A stretch of DNA of 64,000 bases from Podarcis muralis (Eukaryota): contig NC_135668.1 of assembly GCF_964188315.1 (NCBI RefSeq), forward strand, positions 28,830,001-28,894,000, read 5' to 3'. How positions within the stretch are numbered: the stretch's first letter is position 1; each line of letters starts with the position of its first letter. Of the stretch, positions 11,584 to 24,899 are shown in pieces. Made by a program: the position numbers and the translations under genes. The notes beneath the pieces are model-generated. The model was given only the letters and a program-made list of their open reading frames with translations, ran no database searches and had not been told where the DNA came from.

Positions 11584-12378
11584 GTGAGAAAATGAGAAGA
11601 GCCGTGAGGCTGGGTCAGGCCAATGGCCCATCTAGTCCAGCATCCTGTTCTCACAGTGACTGAAACCCACAGGCAGGATTTGAACACCAGGACATCATAG
11701 TCCCTACCCATGGTTTCCAGCAACTTGGATTCAGAAGCATGGCTGCCTCCAGCTACGGAGCCTGAGCTAGTAGCCATTAATAGCCTCCTCCTCCATGAAT
11801 TTGTCTAATCCTCTTTTAAAGCTATCCATGTTGGTGGCCCAGGCTGCCTCCTGTGGGAGGGAGTTCCACAGATTAACTATGGAACTTTCCTTTTCCCGTC
11901 CTGAATCTTCCAATGTTCAGCTTTGCTGGATGTCCACCCGTTCCAGCACAAGAAGAGAGGGAGAAATACCCTCCCTCTGTCCACACCAGGCCTAGATTTG
12001 CAAAGTTCTGCCATGTCACCTCTTTCCTGTTTTTTCTCCAAACTAAAAAGTCCCCAAGGCTGCGGCCTTTCCTCTTAGGGGAGGCGCTTCATCCCCTTGA
12101 TTGTTTTGGCTGACCCTTTTCTCAAGCCTTCTCCAGATCTCCAATATCCATTTTGAGGCGAGGCGATGTACTCTGTATCAGCCCTTGGGAGGAGAGGGGA
12201 GGGTGAATTGCAGGGGTTTGTGGCCCAGCAGGTGTTGCTGGGCAGCAAGTCCCACCCGCCCTGGCCTTGGCCATTCTTTCTGGGGCTAATGGGAGGTGTG
12301 TTTCAGTGTACATCTGGTAGACCAAGGGCTGCACGCAGTCACTACTTGGAGGTCTCATGGGTGATTTCACAGGCTTGA

Positions 12379-12745
<367 letters not shown>

Positions 12746-13105
12746 CGTCTTAGCTTCCAGCTGTGAACACCAGGGGGAAGGCAGTACTGGGGGTGGAAGA
12801 GGAGAAGGAGGCTGCTGGTGGGATGAACCCAGACTTCCCTTCAACTCAACACAGCGATCCTCTTAGTGGATTTAGTGCGTCTGAGAAACAGGGATTAAGG
12901 CTGAGCCTGCTGCTTAGGGGGCTCTACCTTGGCTCCAGCGACCTCCAGGCCTCTCTGCGCGTCCTTCGTTCCTCCTTGGCCTGCCCCAGTTCCTCGGGAA
13001 CAGCCCACCCCCACCCAGCCTCGAGGTGCTGCGGCAAAACCAGACTCTCGCCGGGCTCCGAAATGGCCTGTCCCTGGCTCCTGCCTCGGTGGTGGGCTGC
13101 TCTCT

Positions 13106-13106
<1 letters not shown>

Positions 13107-13138
<32 letters not shown>

Positions 13139-13575
13139 TTATTATTTATACCCCGCCCATCTGGCTGGGTTTCCCCAGCCACTCTGGGCGGCTTCCAAAA
13201 GAATATTAAAATAGTGTGATACATCAAACATTAAAAGCTTCCCTAAACAGGGCTGCCTTCAGATGTCTTCTAAAAGTCTGGTAGTTGTTGTTCTCTTTGA
13301 CATCTGGTGGGAGGGCGTTCCACAGGGAGGGCGCCACTACCGAGAAGGCCCTCTGCCTGGTTCCCTGTAACTTGGCTTCTCGCAGTGAGGGAACCGCCAG
13401 AAGGCCCTCGGTGCTGGACCTCAGTGTCCGGGTAGAACGATGGAGGTGGAGACGCTCCTTCAGGTATACTGGACCGAGGCCGTTTAGGGCTTTAAAGGTC
13501 AACACCAACACTTTGAATTGTGCTCGGAAACGTACTGGGAGCCAATGTAGGTCTTTCAAGACCGGTGTTATATGG
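13107..13575 (-). mobile_element. L2-clade LINE, 5'-truncated 3' end with intact ORF2 C-terminus
   Basis: RDHITPVLKDLHWLPVRFRAQFKVLVLTFKALNGLGPVYLKERL...FRRHLKAALFREAFNV*, (ATT)n tail; possible 6-bp TSD tctctt at 13101-13106 and 13576-13581. Confidence 0.88.
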
Positions 13576-14054
13576 TCTCTTGAGCTGTTATCAAGTCCGA
13601 GGTTCGACCGAAGTTCCCCCAGAGAGCGCCTGGAAGGCGGCCAGAGCGAGCCACCCTTGGGCAGCTTGATCTGCATGCAGAATCCGCTTTGGAGGGCAGC
13701 GGCTTGGCTTTCTTCTCCCGTGGCCTCTCTCCCACCCCCTTGATCAAACGCTAGCAAATGAAAAGCTCCTTGGACTGTAGCTCCCGAAGCTGGCCTGCGT
13801 CAGAGCCCCAGCACGGATGGCTCCAGGGTCTGGCCTGGTTTGAAGCAGTTGCCAGCGAGGCCTCCATTCTCCCTCCTTATGCCTGTCTGCCATAGCATAA
13901 GAAGAGCCTGCAGGATGAGGCCAGTGGGCCCTGTACCCCAGCACCCTGTTCTCACAGGGGCCAACCAGGTACCTGTGCGAAAACCTGCAAGCAGGATCTG
14001 AGCACAAGAGCCCTCTCCCCTCACTGTGGTTTCCAGGAACTGGTACCATCTCAT

Positions 14055-14420
14055 TCAACCCCCTTCAATGCAGATGGCCATCCAACCTCTGCTTAAAAAC
14101 CACCTGTGAAGGAGAGTCCACCACCTTCCAAGGCTGTCCATTCAGCTGTTAAAACGCCTCTGTTTTTTCTCCATCAGACGCGCCCTTTTTGTCATTTGAA
14201 CCCATTGGTTCAGGCCCTACCTTCTGGGGCAGCAGAAAACAAGCTAGCTCCATTTTCCATGTGATGACCCTTCAGATATTTGAAGGTGGCTCTCGTATCT
14301 CTTCTCAGACTCCTCTTTACCAGGCTAAACATCGCCACCATCCCTCAATAGGCTTGGTTTCCAGACCCTTGTTCATTTTGGTTGCCCTCCTCTTCACATT
14401 CTCCAGCTTGTCTATCCACC
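14055..14420 (-). mobile_element. CR1 LINE fragment
   Basis: ggccatccaacctctgcttaaaaacc...gaaggagagtccaccacc, the same family as about 11790-12150, 47390-47730 and 63745-63935. Confidence 0.6.
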
Positions 14421-14563
14421 TTAAAGCCATGTGATTTAAATGTATAGCTTGTATGCAGGGCTGGAATGAACCGTGAGCATATAGGAATGAGCTAGATCAG
14501 CATCCTTGAAATGTAGCCAAATAAGCTTACTTTCCAATTCAATGTATTCTAATCCTAAACGTA

Positions 14564-14928
14564 CGCGGGTTGCGCTGTGGGTAAAAGCCTCAGCGCCTAG
14601 GGCTTGCCGATCGAAAGGTCGGCGGTTCAAATCCCCACGGCGGGGTGCACTCCTGTTGCTCGGTCCCAGCGCCTGCCAACCTAGCAGTTCGAAAGCACCT
14701 CCGGGTGCAAGTAGATAAATAGGGACCGCTTACTAGCGGGAAGGTAAACGGCGTTTCCGTGTGCGGCTCTGGCTCGCCAGAGCAGCGATGTCACGCTGGC
14801 CACGTGACCCAGAAGTGTCTCCGGACAGCGCTGGCCCCCGGCCTCTTGAGTGAGATGGGCGCACAACCCTAGAGTCTGTCAAGACTGGCCCGTACAGGCA
14901 GGGGTACCTTTACCTTTACCTTTACCTT
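14564..14928 (+). mobile_element. Sauria SINE, full length (divergent subfamily)
   Basis: tRNA-like head, (acctttt)-type tail, 14-bp TSD taatcctaaacgta at 14550-14563 and 14929-14942. Confidence 0.9.
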
Positions 14929-15186
14929 TAATCCTAAACGTAATATGAAGCATGGGGGATGGGGAGGAAACTGCCTTATTTGGAAACTCAAAAGGAGCTT
15001 TTCCCATGCCAGGTACAGTTTTGCAAAATTCTGTCATGTTGCCTCTTCCTTGCCTTTGCTCGAAACTCAGAAGTCCCCAACATTGCAATTGCTCGACCCC
15101 TTGATCATTTCAGTTTCCCTTTTCTGAACCCTTTCCAACTCCCTCTGCTGTGTGCTTTTTCTCTGTACATGGCCATCCCCTGCCAG

Positions 15187-15273
15187 GACCGAGACGTGCG
15201 GGAGGGAGCAGACATGCTGATGGTCAAGCCAGGAATGCCTTACCTTGATCTCGTGTGGGAGGTGAAGGAAAAG
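15187..15273 (+). CDS. ALAD: ALAD coding exon 9 (active-site Lys252)
   Basis: [29 protein letters not shown]; 87 bp. Confidence 0.97.
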
Positions 15274-15404
15274 GTAAGCTCCCTGCTCCCCGGAATGGGT
15301 GGGAGGGGAGACACCCACCCCCACTGGGTGGGCCTTGGCAGCATCTTGGCTGAGCAAAGGGGAAAGGCATCTGTCTCGGCTGATGTGCACCTGTGTCTTT
15401 ACAG

Positions 15405-15534
15405 CATCCCAACCACCCGCTGGCCGTCTACCACGTCTCTGGAGAATTTGCCATGTTGTGGCACGGAGCACAAGCTGGGGCCTTTGACCTGAAGGCTGTG
15501 GTGATGGAGGCCATGGCTGCATTCAGAAGAGCAG
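15405..15534 (+). CDS. ALAD: ALAD coding exon 10
   Basis: [44 protein letters not shown]; 130 bp. Confidence 0.97.
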
Positions 15535-15699
15535 GTGAGAGAGGAAGGGAAATGTGTGTGTGTGTGGAGGGGGCTGCCGTGTCACAGGGAATGACATCGC
15601 CTGTGGCAAAAGGGGTATTTTCCCTGGCCTCCCTCCCAGGTCTCGAAACCTTCCATGGGATGCCCTTAAGCGCTTTCCATCAGAGAGGGTTACAGTACA

Positions 15700-16660
15700 T
15701 ACTGAAATCAGGAATGCTGGGCAGATGGGTTCCATTGATTCTGCTCCATATTGATACAGAGCAGACCGCAACGTACAGTAAGCAGAGTAAAAACTTAAAA
15801 CATGTTGCAGGATTCCAAATAACTCAGAGGCAATGAACTTCATCCAGCAGAGTTTACTACTGAAGGCTAATGAGCATAACAGTCACAAATCCATACATCT
15901 TCGGCACGGTCCATAAGAAATCCAGTTGCAGCAGACTTAACTTAAACATACAATAAGACCTTAATACTTAGCATACTATATACAGAACACCATACCAGAA
16001 GGAAAGAGAGACAGAAAATGAAACCCAGACTCCTTCTGGCCTTATTATTATACTCAGCATGACCTTGAGTGAAAGAGTTAACAGAACCAGTTTAAACCAG
16101 CTGCTCAGCTTCTCTGAAGAAATAACCCAAACATCAGGAACCTTCTTCCTGTTTGTAGGCAGAATAGAAGCTTGCTTGTTAGCTAGAAACTTCCAGCTTG
16201 TATCACACAGAGAAGCTTGTAGAACCCTCTTGAATCAATTGGAATAGGAAAGATCTCTACACTGTAAACCAATACTTTCTGTACCACAAAATGCAAAACT
16301 GACAATAAGAAGGGCCCTGCAGCTGGATCAGGCCAAAGTTTCATCCTTGATCCAACCACATGCCTGCTCGGTGGGACACCCACAAGCACAACATGGCCTG
16401 TGCAGCAGCAATTTTGCCCCTCGTGGGACCACCCCTGTCCCTGCAGCAGGTGGGACTCGTAGACATGCTGCCCCTGATCCTGGAGCGACGCACAGCCACC
16501 TCCAGTCACTTGGTGCTCCCTGGTGCCACAGAGCCCCTTCAGGAGCAAGTGGAGAAAATGGGTTCTCCATCGGATTTTCCGAAAGCAAAACAACATCATC
16601 CACAAATGCTCTGAATTTATAAGCTTGAGGGGGAGAAATTCATACAGTATTCTGCAAATA
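15700..16660 (-). mobile_element. Decayed non-LTR retrotransposon remnant in the last ALAD intron
   Basis: RT-like motif FVDDVVLLSENP at about 16571-16606 and a C-terminal-like [20 protein letters not shown] at about 15750-15815 on the minus strand. Boundaries are approximate. Confidence 0.45.
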
Positions 16661-17057
16661 GTTGCTGATGGGAAACCCGTGAGCAGGACCCAAGCACAGC
16701 AGCCACTCTCTCCTCCTGTGGTTTCTAGCAGAGCATAGGCATTGTGGCTACTAGCCACTTGATAGATCGCCTTCTCCTTCACAACTTTTCTGATCCTCTC
16801 TTAAAGCCACCCAATTTGGTGGCCATTGCTGGCTCCTGGGGGAGCACGTTCCAGAGTTTAGCCCTGCCTTGTGCGATGAAGCGCTTTCTCTTATCTGTCC
16901 CCAGTCTTCCAACTTTCAGCTTCATTGGATTTCCACAAGCAGCATGAGGAAGATGGAGAGGCGATGAGAGAGACTAAAAGCAGATGAATTAAGAGGGGCT
17001 GCCCTCAGACCTTTGGGAGGCAAGCAGAATAAATTGAGGGAAGGCATTTGCAAATAA

Positions 17058-17168
<111 letters not shown>

Positions 17169-19499
17169 GCCATCGCTTTCCTGGGAGCAAAGAAGGCCGG
17201 AATAAGAATCCCGGAAGTGTCTTGAAAGTTGTGGAACGGACCATGCAGATGGTTGGGGGGGGGGAATTATAGTATCAACCCCCCTCACATGCTTTTACTC
17301 TAAGGGTGCCCATCTCCAAGAACAGACTCCATGGTCCCTTAGCATTCCAGGCCCGGAGCTAGGATTTCTTTTAATTCTCAACCAAGACGCCTTTTTAAAT
17401 ATATGCGATGTTTTTTTAAAAAATGTTGCGAGAAAGGAATAGTTGAACCTAAATCAAGTTAGATATTCAGTAAAGTGATTTACGGCTTGGGAAAGAACGC
17501 TTTGGTGAAAGATCCCCCAAAGAGGTGCCCTGGAGCTCTGTGAGGCAATGGGGCAGAGGGGGATGCTTGTTAGTGCTGCAAGGACCCCGGGACACTGTCC
17601 CAGCTGCTTCTCCACATTAATGCCATGGGCTAGGGGTGTTGTCATGCCGTCCCACAGCTGTAAGTGGGGTCAAGAACCAGCTACTACTCCCCAAGCCTCT
17701 CCCCAAAGCCATGATGCATACCCACACCTTCCCAGCAGCCTCAGCTTTTGTAGCTGGAGTCAGTCAGGACCGCCACCCTCCAGATGGAGACAGGCAGCAA
17801 GGCAACAGAGAGCGCAGATCCTCTGGGACTCTCAACCAAGATGGCACCTTCTTTAACTTGATGCAAGGCAGGTGAAATTCACAGGCAAATCTTTACCTGT
17901 GTGCTTCCTTCCCATTCTGGAAATAGCAACGTGCCTATACCTTGTGGAGCTCTTTAGGGTGCAGGAGCCCCACCAGGAAAAAAAGCAAAACAAGAAGGGA
18001 GCCTGGTTTGCAGTCTCTGCCCTCTCCTGATTTGCACAGGTGACGGTCCCTAGCTGCTCGGGAAGAGTGGGGCGGAAACCCCTGGCCTCCTCCTGTGCTT
18101 TGGCATAACAGCAGGCTGTGCCACTTCCCGACTGAATGCTTCTCCTCTCCATCGCCCACGTCTTGCTGCTTTTATCAGCCCAGGAGCCAGACCTGCTGAC
18201 ATGCATGGCAACCCTCCTGATTTTGGCCCGTGAAGCTGGGAAGTAATCATCAGTACACCTCTGGGAGCATAAATAAAATTTCTGATGTTTCCTGGAAAGA
18301 AATGGTTACTTGGTGGTGGTGGAGGAGGGGAATATTAGAACAAAATACATAGGCTACAGAAGAAAGGGGGTTGAGGGGGGGACAAGCAGGAAGTGCTGCC
18401 AAGCTGGTGTTTTTAAAAGGAATGTCCCCTTCAGTGTGCAAGTAGGTGTTTCAGCCATGTTAGCCCTTGCCTTCCCTCTCTCTGTGGTCTGTGTTGTAGA
18501 GAGAGTCTACAAGGCGGCTGGCATGAAATTGGTTTGATATAAAGCAAGGTAGTAATGGCATGGGGGAAACTAGAAGGATGTTCAGGCAGGACGACCCCAG
18601 CAGCAGTTTCTAAGAAGGCCGCCTTGGATGATAAACACAAGTTTGTGCCCTGCCAGCTTTCAAGTGCTGAGCAAGCCAGAGAGCCTCACTGCAGAGACAA
18701 TCTGAAGGCAGGAGGACCCTGTCGCCATTGGGATTTGGGGGGGGGGGGTATAACATATCATTGTGGAATCCTGCCACTCCCCACACCCACCAGTGCTCTA
18801 CATCAGAACTTAGCAAATTTGAAGGAGGATTTTTAATGTTTAAAAAAATCTATTTTGAATGGCAAAAGAGGCTGAGCCAGGGGCATAATGGTCACTGGCA
18901 TAAACCACATTCGCATGTGCACATGACATGACAGTCCTTAAAGCAGTTGTTCTCGAACTTTATCTGGGCCACACTTTCAGAATAAAAATTTGCTTGCACC
19001 ATACCCAATTTTGTATTGATAAGACATACGTCGGAAAACAGAAAGAACGCCTAGCTGTGCTTGATTTTGGGGGGGAAATCCAAACAGTATTCTGCAAATA
19101 AAGCATTTTGATACTACACTGCACTGAAATGTTTCCTTGATTGTTCTTGAATCTTCCTGCCACACTTGCCATCCTCTCCTGCTGCACAGGCACTGTATGC
19201 TGCAGAAGAGGGGAAATGCAACTCTGCACTTCCTCAGGGGAACCCACAGTCTCAATTACTTGACAGGTTCTGGGCATGAAATAAGTATTCAAGTTACTTT
19301 GTTTACATTCTCTGGAAACTGATTTTTTTAAAATAAAATGAAATATGGTTTTGGCAGCTGCGTGACACGAGGCACTCCAAAGTGTGTGTTGGGGAGGAGC
19401 TGCACCTGTTGAATTTCTGGCTGCCTCGCTACTGCACTTTAACAAACCTCTGCTCCAGCTTCAGGCTCGTCGTTCAAAAGCAATTTTCCAGAGCAAAGT

Positions 19500-19860
19500 C
19501 TTCATTCACAAAGCGGTGGCCGGGGGCGGAGTCGCTGTAAAAGACCTTCACCGCCCGTCCTGCTGTTGCTGCTGCAACCAGTGCAGCCCCCAGAAAGCGG
19601 GCAAAGTAAATAGCTTCGGTAGGCATTTACTGAGCACGCGCATTCCCCCCCTGAGTTGCGCTTGCGCACTCAGTCCAGATGAAGCTACGGAGAAGAGGTA
19701 AGGTGGCCTCTGTCTTCCCTTCCTTCCCCACCCCACCCCTGCCCCGCCTGGGCTCTGCACGATTCCGGGAGCGCCTCTCCGGCCACCAACACGCGCAACC
19801 AGAGCCCCATGCAAGGAGGAAGTTGGGTGTGGGGAGCAGTTAGGGCTACGTTGGGCCACG
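19500..19860 (+). promoter_or_regulatory. HDHD3: HDHD3 CpG-island promoter and non-coding exon 1 (donor after 19697)
   Basis: CpG-rich; GC box 19522-19531; NRF1-like tgcgcttgcgca 19657-19668; donor GAG|GTAAGG at 19697/19698; matching acceptor tttcaag at 22613, 15 bp before the ATG. Confidence 0.65.
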
Positions 19861-22628
19861 GCCCCTCCCCTCTCTGTTTTTTTAATTGCAAAGCAGCTGC
19901 AAAGCCTGGAAATAAATAGCCAAAGTAGCGTGCAGTAAAATAAGATGAAATATAAAATCCAAAAGTTTATAAGCACTGTAAACCAAAGACAATGAGGACA
20001 ACTGTAGTTATTATTTTGGAAAATAGCTGGATCACAGTTTTGGAGAAGACTGTTTTTAATGTCTCCGATCTCCAAAACACTCGGTTCTCGTCTGGTTGCA
20101 GCTGAGACCTGGAGAAGAGGCTGGTCGCATCGCACTCTATAAGGACAACAGAGGATATTGCTGGATCAGGCCGATGGCCCATTTAGTCCAGTACCCTACT
20201 TTCACAGCGGCCAACCAGATGTGGGAATCGAGCAAGCAGGACCTCGGCACTAGAGCAAGGCTGTGGTTCCCAGCAACTGGCAGTGTCCCAAATGCTCCCT
20301 CTTAGCAATGGCCTCTTGAGGAGTGAAGTTACTCTCTCAGATATATTGCGCGCGGGGGGGGGGGGGGGTAAACGAGTCCCAAGTTGTTTAGGGCTCTAAA
20401 AGCAAAATTAGAATGGGCAGCCAGTGCAGCTTGCCTGGCAGAGAAGTTACATGGTGCCCCAGGCTGCACCCAGATGCTGCAGTGTTCACCAGCTGCACCT
20501 TCTGGATTAAGTTCAAGGGAAGTGCCCCCCCCAGTCCACACACACAGAGCTCATTGCATTAATCCTCTCCAGAGTGCCAGGATGGCATGACATAGGCCAA
20601 GGGCTTCTTCCTGGTCCAGGAACATCTGCAGCAGCCTTGCCAACCACAGCTGGCCCAAAGGCGCTCATAGCCACCTGGGCCTCTAGTGGCAAAGGGTGGA
20701 CCCAGGAAACCCCCCCCCCCCGGCTACGCACCTGTGCCTTTGGAGGGAGGAGCGCAACCCTGTTTGGAGCAGGCAACACACCTACCAGCTCACCACTGCA
20801 CTCAGACCACAGCAAACACCAGGCAGGTGGCACAACGGGCAGCAGGGAGGGCAGGTGATTCCGAGCCCCACTCCCTGGTACCCACTGCCAGGAAGGGGAT
20901 TCTGTCAGCATCCCCCTCCTCCCCCCACCCCAGCAGTGCCTCCCTCACCCCCCCCCCACCTGCCCACCCTATCCCCTCCAAGGGAGGTTGGTTCCTGGTG
21001 TGATCCCCAGGAGAGGTAAGAGCAGGAATGCCCCTCTTGCCTAGCCACTAACTCATCCTGCCCATCTAGATGGATGGATGCTTGAGGTGCTGAGACCACG
21101 TTACATGTTGAAAAGCTTTGTAAGCCGCTTTGAGAGCCTCTTGGGGCTCTGAAGCAGAATATAACAAGCATTCCAGATAATGCCTTTTAATCCTAGATAA
21201 GGGTGGAGAGAGAATTATCCACTCCAAGAGCAAAGCCAGAGAGCTAAATGACCCCAGCCAGCGCTTTCTGCTTTGAGGTCTTCAGTGAAGGGTGGCAGGC
21301 ATGAAACCAACTGCCCACTCGCCCCCAGCCAGGGTGGCCAATGACTTCTTATCCTGCACCCCCACCCCCGCCACGGGAAGGGCACAACCTGAAAGGGATC
21401 CTGGCAGTGCCCAGAGGGTGAGGGGAGCTGGCCTGGGTGGTTCCTTGTGCAACATCACCCTTTGTGTTCATGTTGGAAGGCCAGCCAAGCCATGCCCACA
21501 CCCAGTTCCACCTCTGCTGTGCCCCATCTGCCTCTCACCTTCCTGCCCAACTGGTTTGGCTGCCTTTTTCTACTCCTGCTGCCTCACAAGCAGGAAGAGG
21601 GGCGGTCAGGCACCAGGCAACCGGGGGGGGGGGGGCACAGGTTGTGTGTGAGAGTCTTAAAGCAGGGGAAATGGGCAGCAGAAAAAAGAAAGGGATCTGC
21701 TGGTAGAGTTTTGTTTGGCAGCGGATCTGCAATTGTGGGTTTCTGGACACACACCTGAACTCATTTTTTTAAGCTTGCAAATATCAAGTATCCTCCCGCC
21801 ACCCCCACCCCGTCCAGCCGCTGGCCATATCTAGGAGTGCATTTTTGTGTGAAAGGCTTGTGAGCTCGATTCTGGCACCAAAAGCAAATTCTCAGGCTGA
21901 GAACGTGCTGGATTTTAGGTGGGTCTCTCCCACTCCCCACCTCACCCTGCCTGGCCATTTCTTGAAGAGTGTATTTCAGATGCTCCTTGTAAAGGTCTGA
22001 TCAGGGTACGCAGCCAAAGTTATGTTCCTGCCCTCTCTGCTTTCATTGTTTCAGGCTTTTGTAACTTCATTAGTGTTTCATCAGTTGGTGATTTATTTCT
22101 TTTTTAAGTGTGGGCCATGTTGGAAGCCTTGGCAGAAAAGCACAATGAAAACAGTTGAAAGCACTCAAAAGTCTCCCTCCTTCAGCCGCTGCTTTACAGC
22201 AAATCATCTGCGACCGTCCGGGATTAGTCATTAACCTGTTGCTAATTCTGCCTCCTGAAAGCACGCTGGTCAAAGGTGGCCGCTCTCATTTTCATTCTCC
22301 GGCCTTGGACGTCCGAGCAGCAAGCCCACCCCTCCAAGTGAAAGTCCCCCTTGCAGGGCAGCCGGATTGGCAGGTGACAAGATTTTCCTGCCGGAAGAAG
22401 GGCCTCCTCTGCCAGAGCTTGGAGACAGAAACCAGTTTGCAGACCTGCCAGGACAGAGCTTGCAAGGTCATGCTGGCTGGAGGCTGCTGGGTTTCCCTCT
22501 CGAGACCTTACTTGCGTTGGGAGGCCATAAACCAAACTGCGCCAGTCAAGATTTTGCCCGTGATAATACGTGTTGACGCCTAGTTCCCCTCTCTCGTTCC
22601 CCTCTCTTTCAAGGCTAGCGCTGACAGC

Positions 22629-23351
22629 ATGCTGAAGCTTCGGCTCTTGACGTGGGACGTGAAGGACACCCTCCTTCGCCTCCGTGTCCCCGTGGGCGAG
22701 AGCTACTCTGCTGAGGCCCGGGCCTGTGGCGTCCAGGTGCAGGCCGAAGCCCTCACCCAGTCTTTCCGCCAAGCCTACAGGGCCCAAAGCCTGCATTTCC
22801 CCAACTATGGCTCAGACAGAGGCCTCAGCTCCAAGCAGTGGTGGATGGATGTTGTCATGGAGACGTTCCGGCTCTCTGGTGTCCACGGCGAGGAGACCAT
22901 CCGGCCCATTGCAGAAAAACTCTACAGGGATTACAGCAGCGCCCGCAACTGGGAGTTGCTCCCGGGCGCCAGGGACACTCTGCAGCGGTGCCAGAGGATG
23001 GGGGTCCCCATGGCCGTCATCTCCAACTTTGACCAGAGGCTGCAGGAAGTGCTGACCCGCTGTGGCCTCCGCCAGCACTTCGACTTTGTCCTGACCTCGG
23101 AAGAAGTGGGGTTTGCCAAGCCGGACAAGCGGATTTTCCTGGAGGCACTCCGCATCGCAGGGGTGTCTCCTCAGCTGGCAGCTCACGTGGGGGACGACTA
23201 CGTGAACGACTACAAGGCAGCGAGAGAGGCAGGGATGCACAGTTTTCTGTATAAATCAGGTTGCCAGCCTCTCAAGAAGGATGCGGAAGTGCCCAATGCC
23301 CACATCCTACCATCACTGATGCACCTCCCGTCCCTTATAGAGAAGGGCTAA
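22629..23351 (+). CDS. HDHD3: Haloacid dehalogenase-like hydrolase domain-containing protein 3 (single coding exon, 240 aa)
   Basis: MLKLRLLTWDVKDTLLRLR (HAD motif I with DxK), ISNFD, KPD and HVGDDYVNDY motifs; adjacent to ALAD as in other vertebrates; AATAAA at 23514-23519. Confidence 0.96.
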   Translation: MLKLRLLTWDVKDTLLRLRVPVGESYSAEARACGVQVQAEALTQSFRQAYRAQSLHFPNYGSDRGLSSKQWWMDVVMETFRLSGVHGEETIRPIAEKLYRDYSSARNWELLPGARDTLQRCQRMGVPMAVISNFDQRLQEVLTRCGLRQHFDFVLTSEEVGFAKPDKRIFLEALRIAGVSPQLAAHVGDDYVNDYKAAREAGMHSFLYKSGCQPLKKDAEVPNAHILPSLMHLPSLIEKG

Positions 23352-24899
23352 GAGGAGGAGTTTTGTCCGGGTTCAGCTAAATCACACCTGGTGTCCCTCC
23401 TAGACTGTAGCACTTCAGTTGGCAGGTGGAAGGTGAGAGAGGGAGGAAACATTTTATGTTCTTCTACATTAAAAATAGTAATAATTAAATTAATAATCTA
23501 ATTTAATTTTTAAAATAAATAAAAAGAAAGGAGGTAGCAGGATTGGGGAGAAAGATCCTGGGCCCGCCCCCTGATACCCATGAGTTATTTATGCATGTAA
23601 TTACTTTTGAGTCAGTTTGTGGCCCAAAAGTGGACCTCTCCCAAGTTTAAAAATTTGAGCTTAAATCATTTAGCACAATTTCATAACAAACAGAAAATAA
23701 AACGTCCCTGGCTTAAATGCCTAAAGTATTTGGTTGTTTATCTATATACTTTTGTTTGTATGTGCCTTTTAAAAATAAATAAAAAGGCTGTTAGAATGCA
23801 TATCCTTGTGCCCCTGTTATATAGGCTTGGGAACAAATGAAATGTGAACCTGGAGGCCTGGGTGCTTTTTAAAAGGCAGCTTATTTCTGTTATGTGATGC
23901 AGTAGAGAAAGACTGACGGATGCTTTAGTTGTGATTCTTGTATTGCTGGGGGTTGGACTAGATGACCATTGGGTCCCTTTCAAATTCTACCCTTCTATTA
24001 CAGTATTCTAGGATCTCCCATTTTATTGCCCCGTGCTGTGTGTTTGCCACAGTCTGACAGAAAAACAAGAATCCTATGCAACATTCTGCATGGTTCAGCT
24101 TCCTGAGAATAACACATTTTAAGAAGAAAAACAAGTTTCTACCCCTCATGGGCACAAAGGTATGCTAGAAAGTATGTGGGAAGAGAACGGGGTTGCCAAA
24201 ATCACGGAACGTGCTGGTGTCAGTTGGAGGAAGACTGAATGAGATTCTTAGCAAACTGGACTCAGGTTCCCAGCAAAAATGGGGGGGGGGGGGGGAATGT
24301 GCAAAACAGTAGCTTTAAATTATGCAGCTTTAAATTTACAATTCTAGTATTTAAACAGTAGCTTTACATTCATAATTATAACATTCGGTGATGACAAAAA
24401 AACAGCAACATGCCCCACCCATTGTGTAATTTGCACAAGTTGCAGAATCCTCTTTTCCTAGTCAGATAAGTTTTTTTAATCGCCGGCGCTGTCCCTTTCC
24501 CCTCAGGGACTAGTACAGTACAATTGTCTTTTCTGACTGGATTTGTGGTGGCACAGTGCTAAGGCTAAATAACAGTGAGAATGGCCATCTTGGAGCAGGT
24601 GGAATGTCCCTCCCAAGCCAAGCCAAGCCTTTCAGCCCCTGTCACTGACTCCTTCATGGCCTCCTCTGGTAAGATACTTAGCTGCAAACTGCAGCTCCCA
24701 TCCGCTCTGAACGCAGAGCCAGAGACAGCCCGTGAGTTGCCACAGAGCAAAGCCCTCTCGCTTCCTGGCATAAGTTGGCATCGTCCTGCCAGAACCACAG
24801 TGCTCATCTTGCTGGAATATAAGGTGATCCAGCCCTGCTCAGCTTTAGGAAACAACAACCTTGGTGAAGATGACTGCAACCTTGCAGTGTTGACTCTCC

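Noticed and set aside
13224-13757. 177-aa ORF as a host gene
   Set aside because: It is the L2 ORF2 C-terminus extended by flanking sequence.
16310-16560. GC-rich multi-frame ORFs in the last ALAD intron as a retrogene
   Set aside because: No recognisable protein in any frame; adjoins a decayed RT motif.
22242-23240. ORFs overlapping HDHD3 in other frames or strands
   Set aside because: Shadow ORFs of a GC-rich coding exon.
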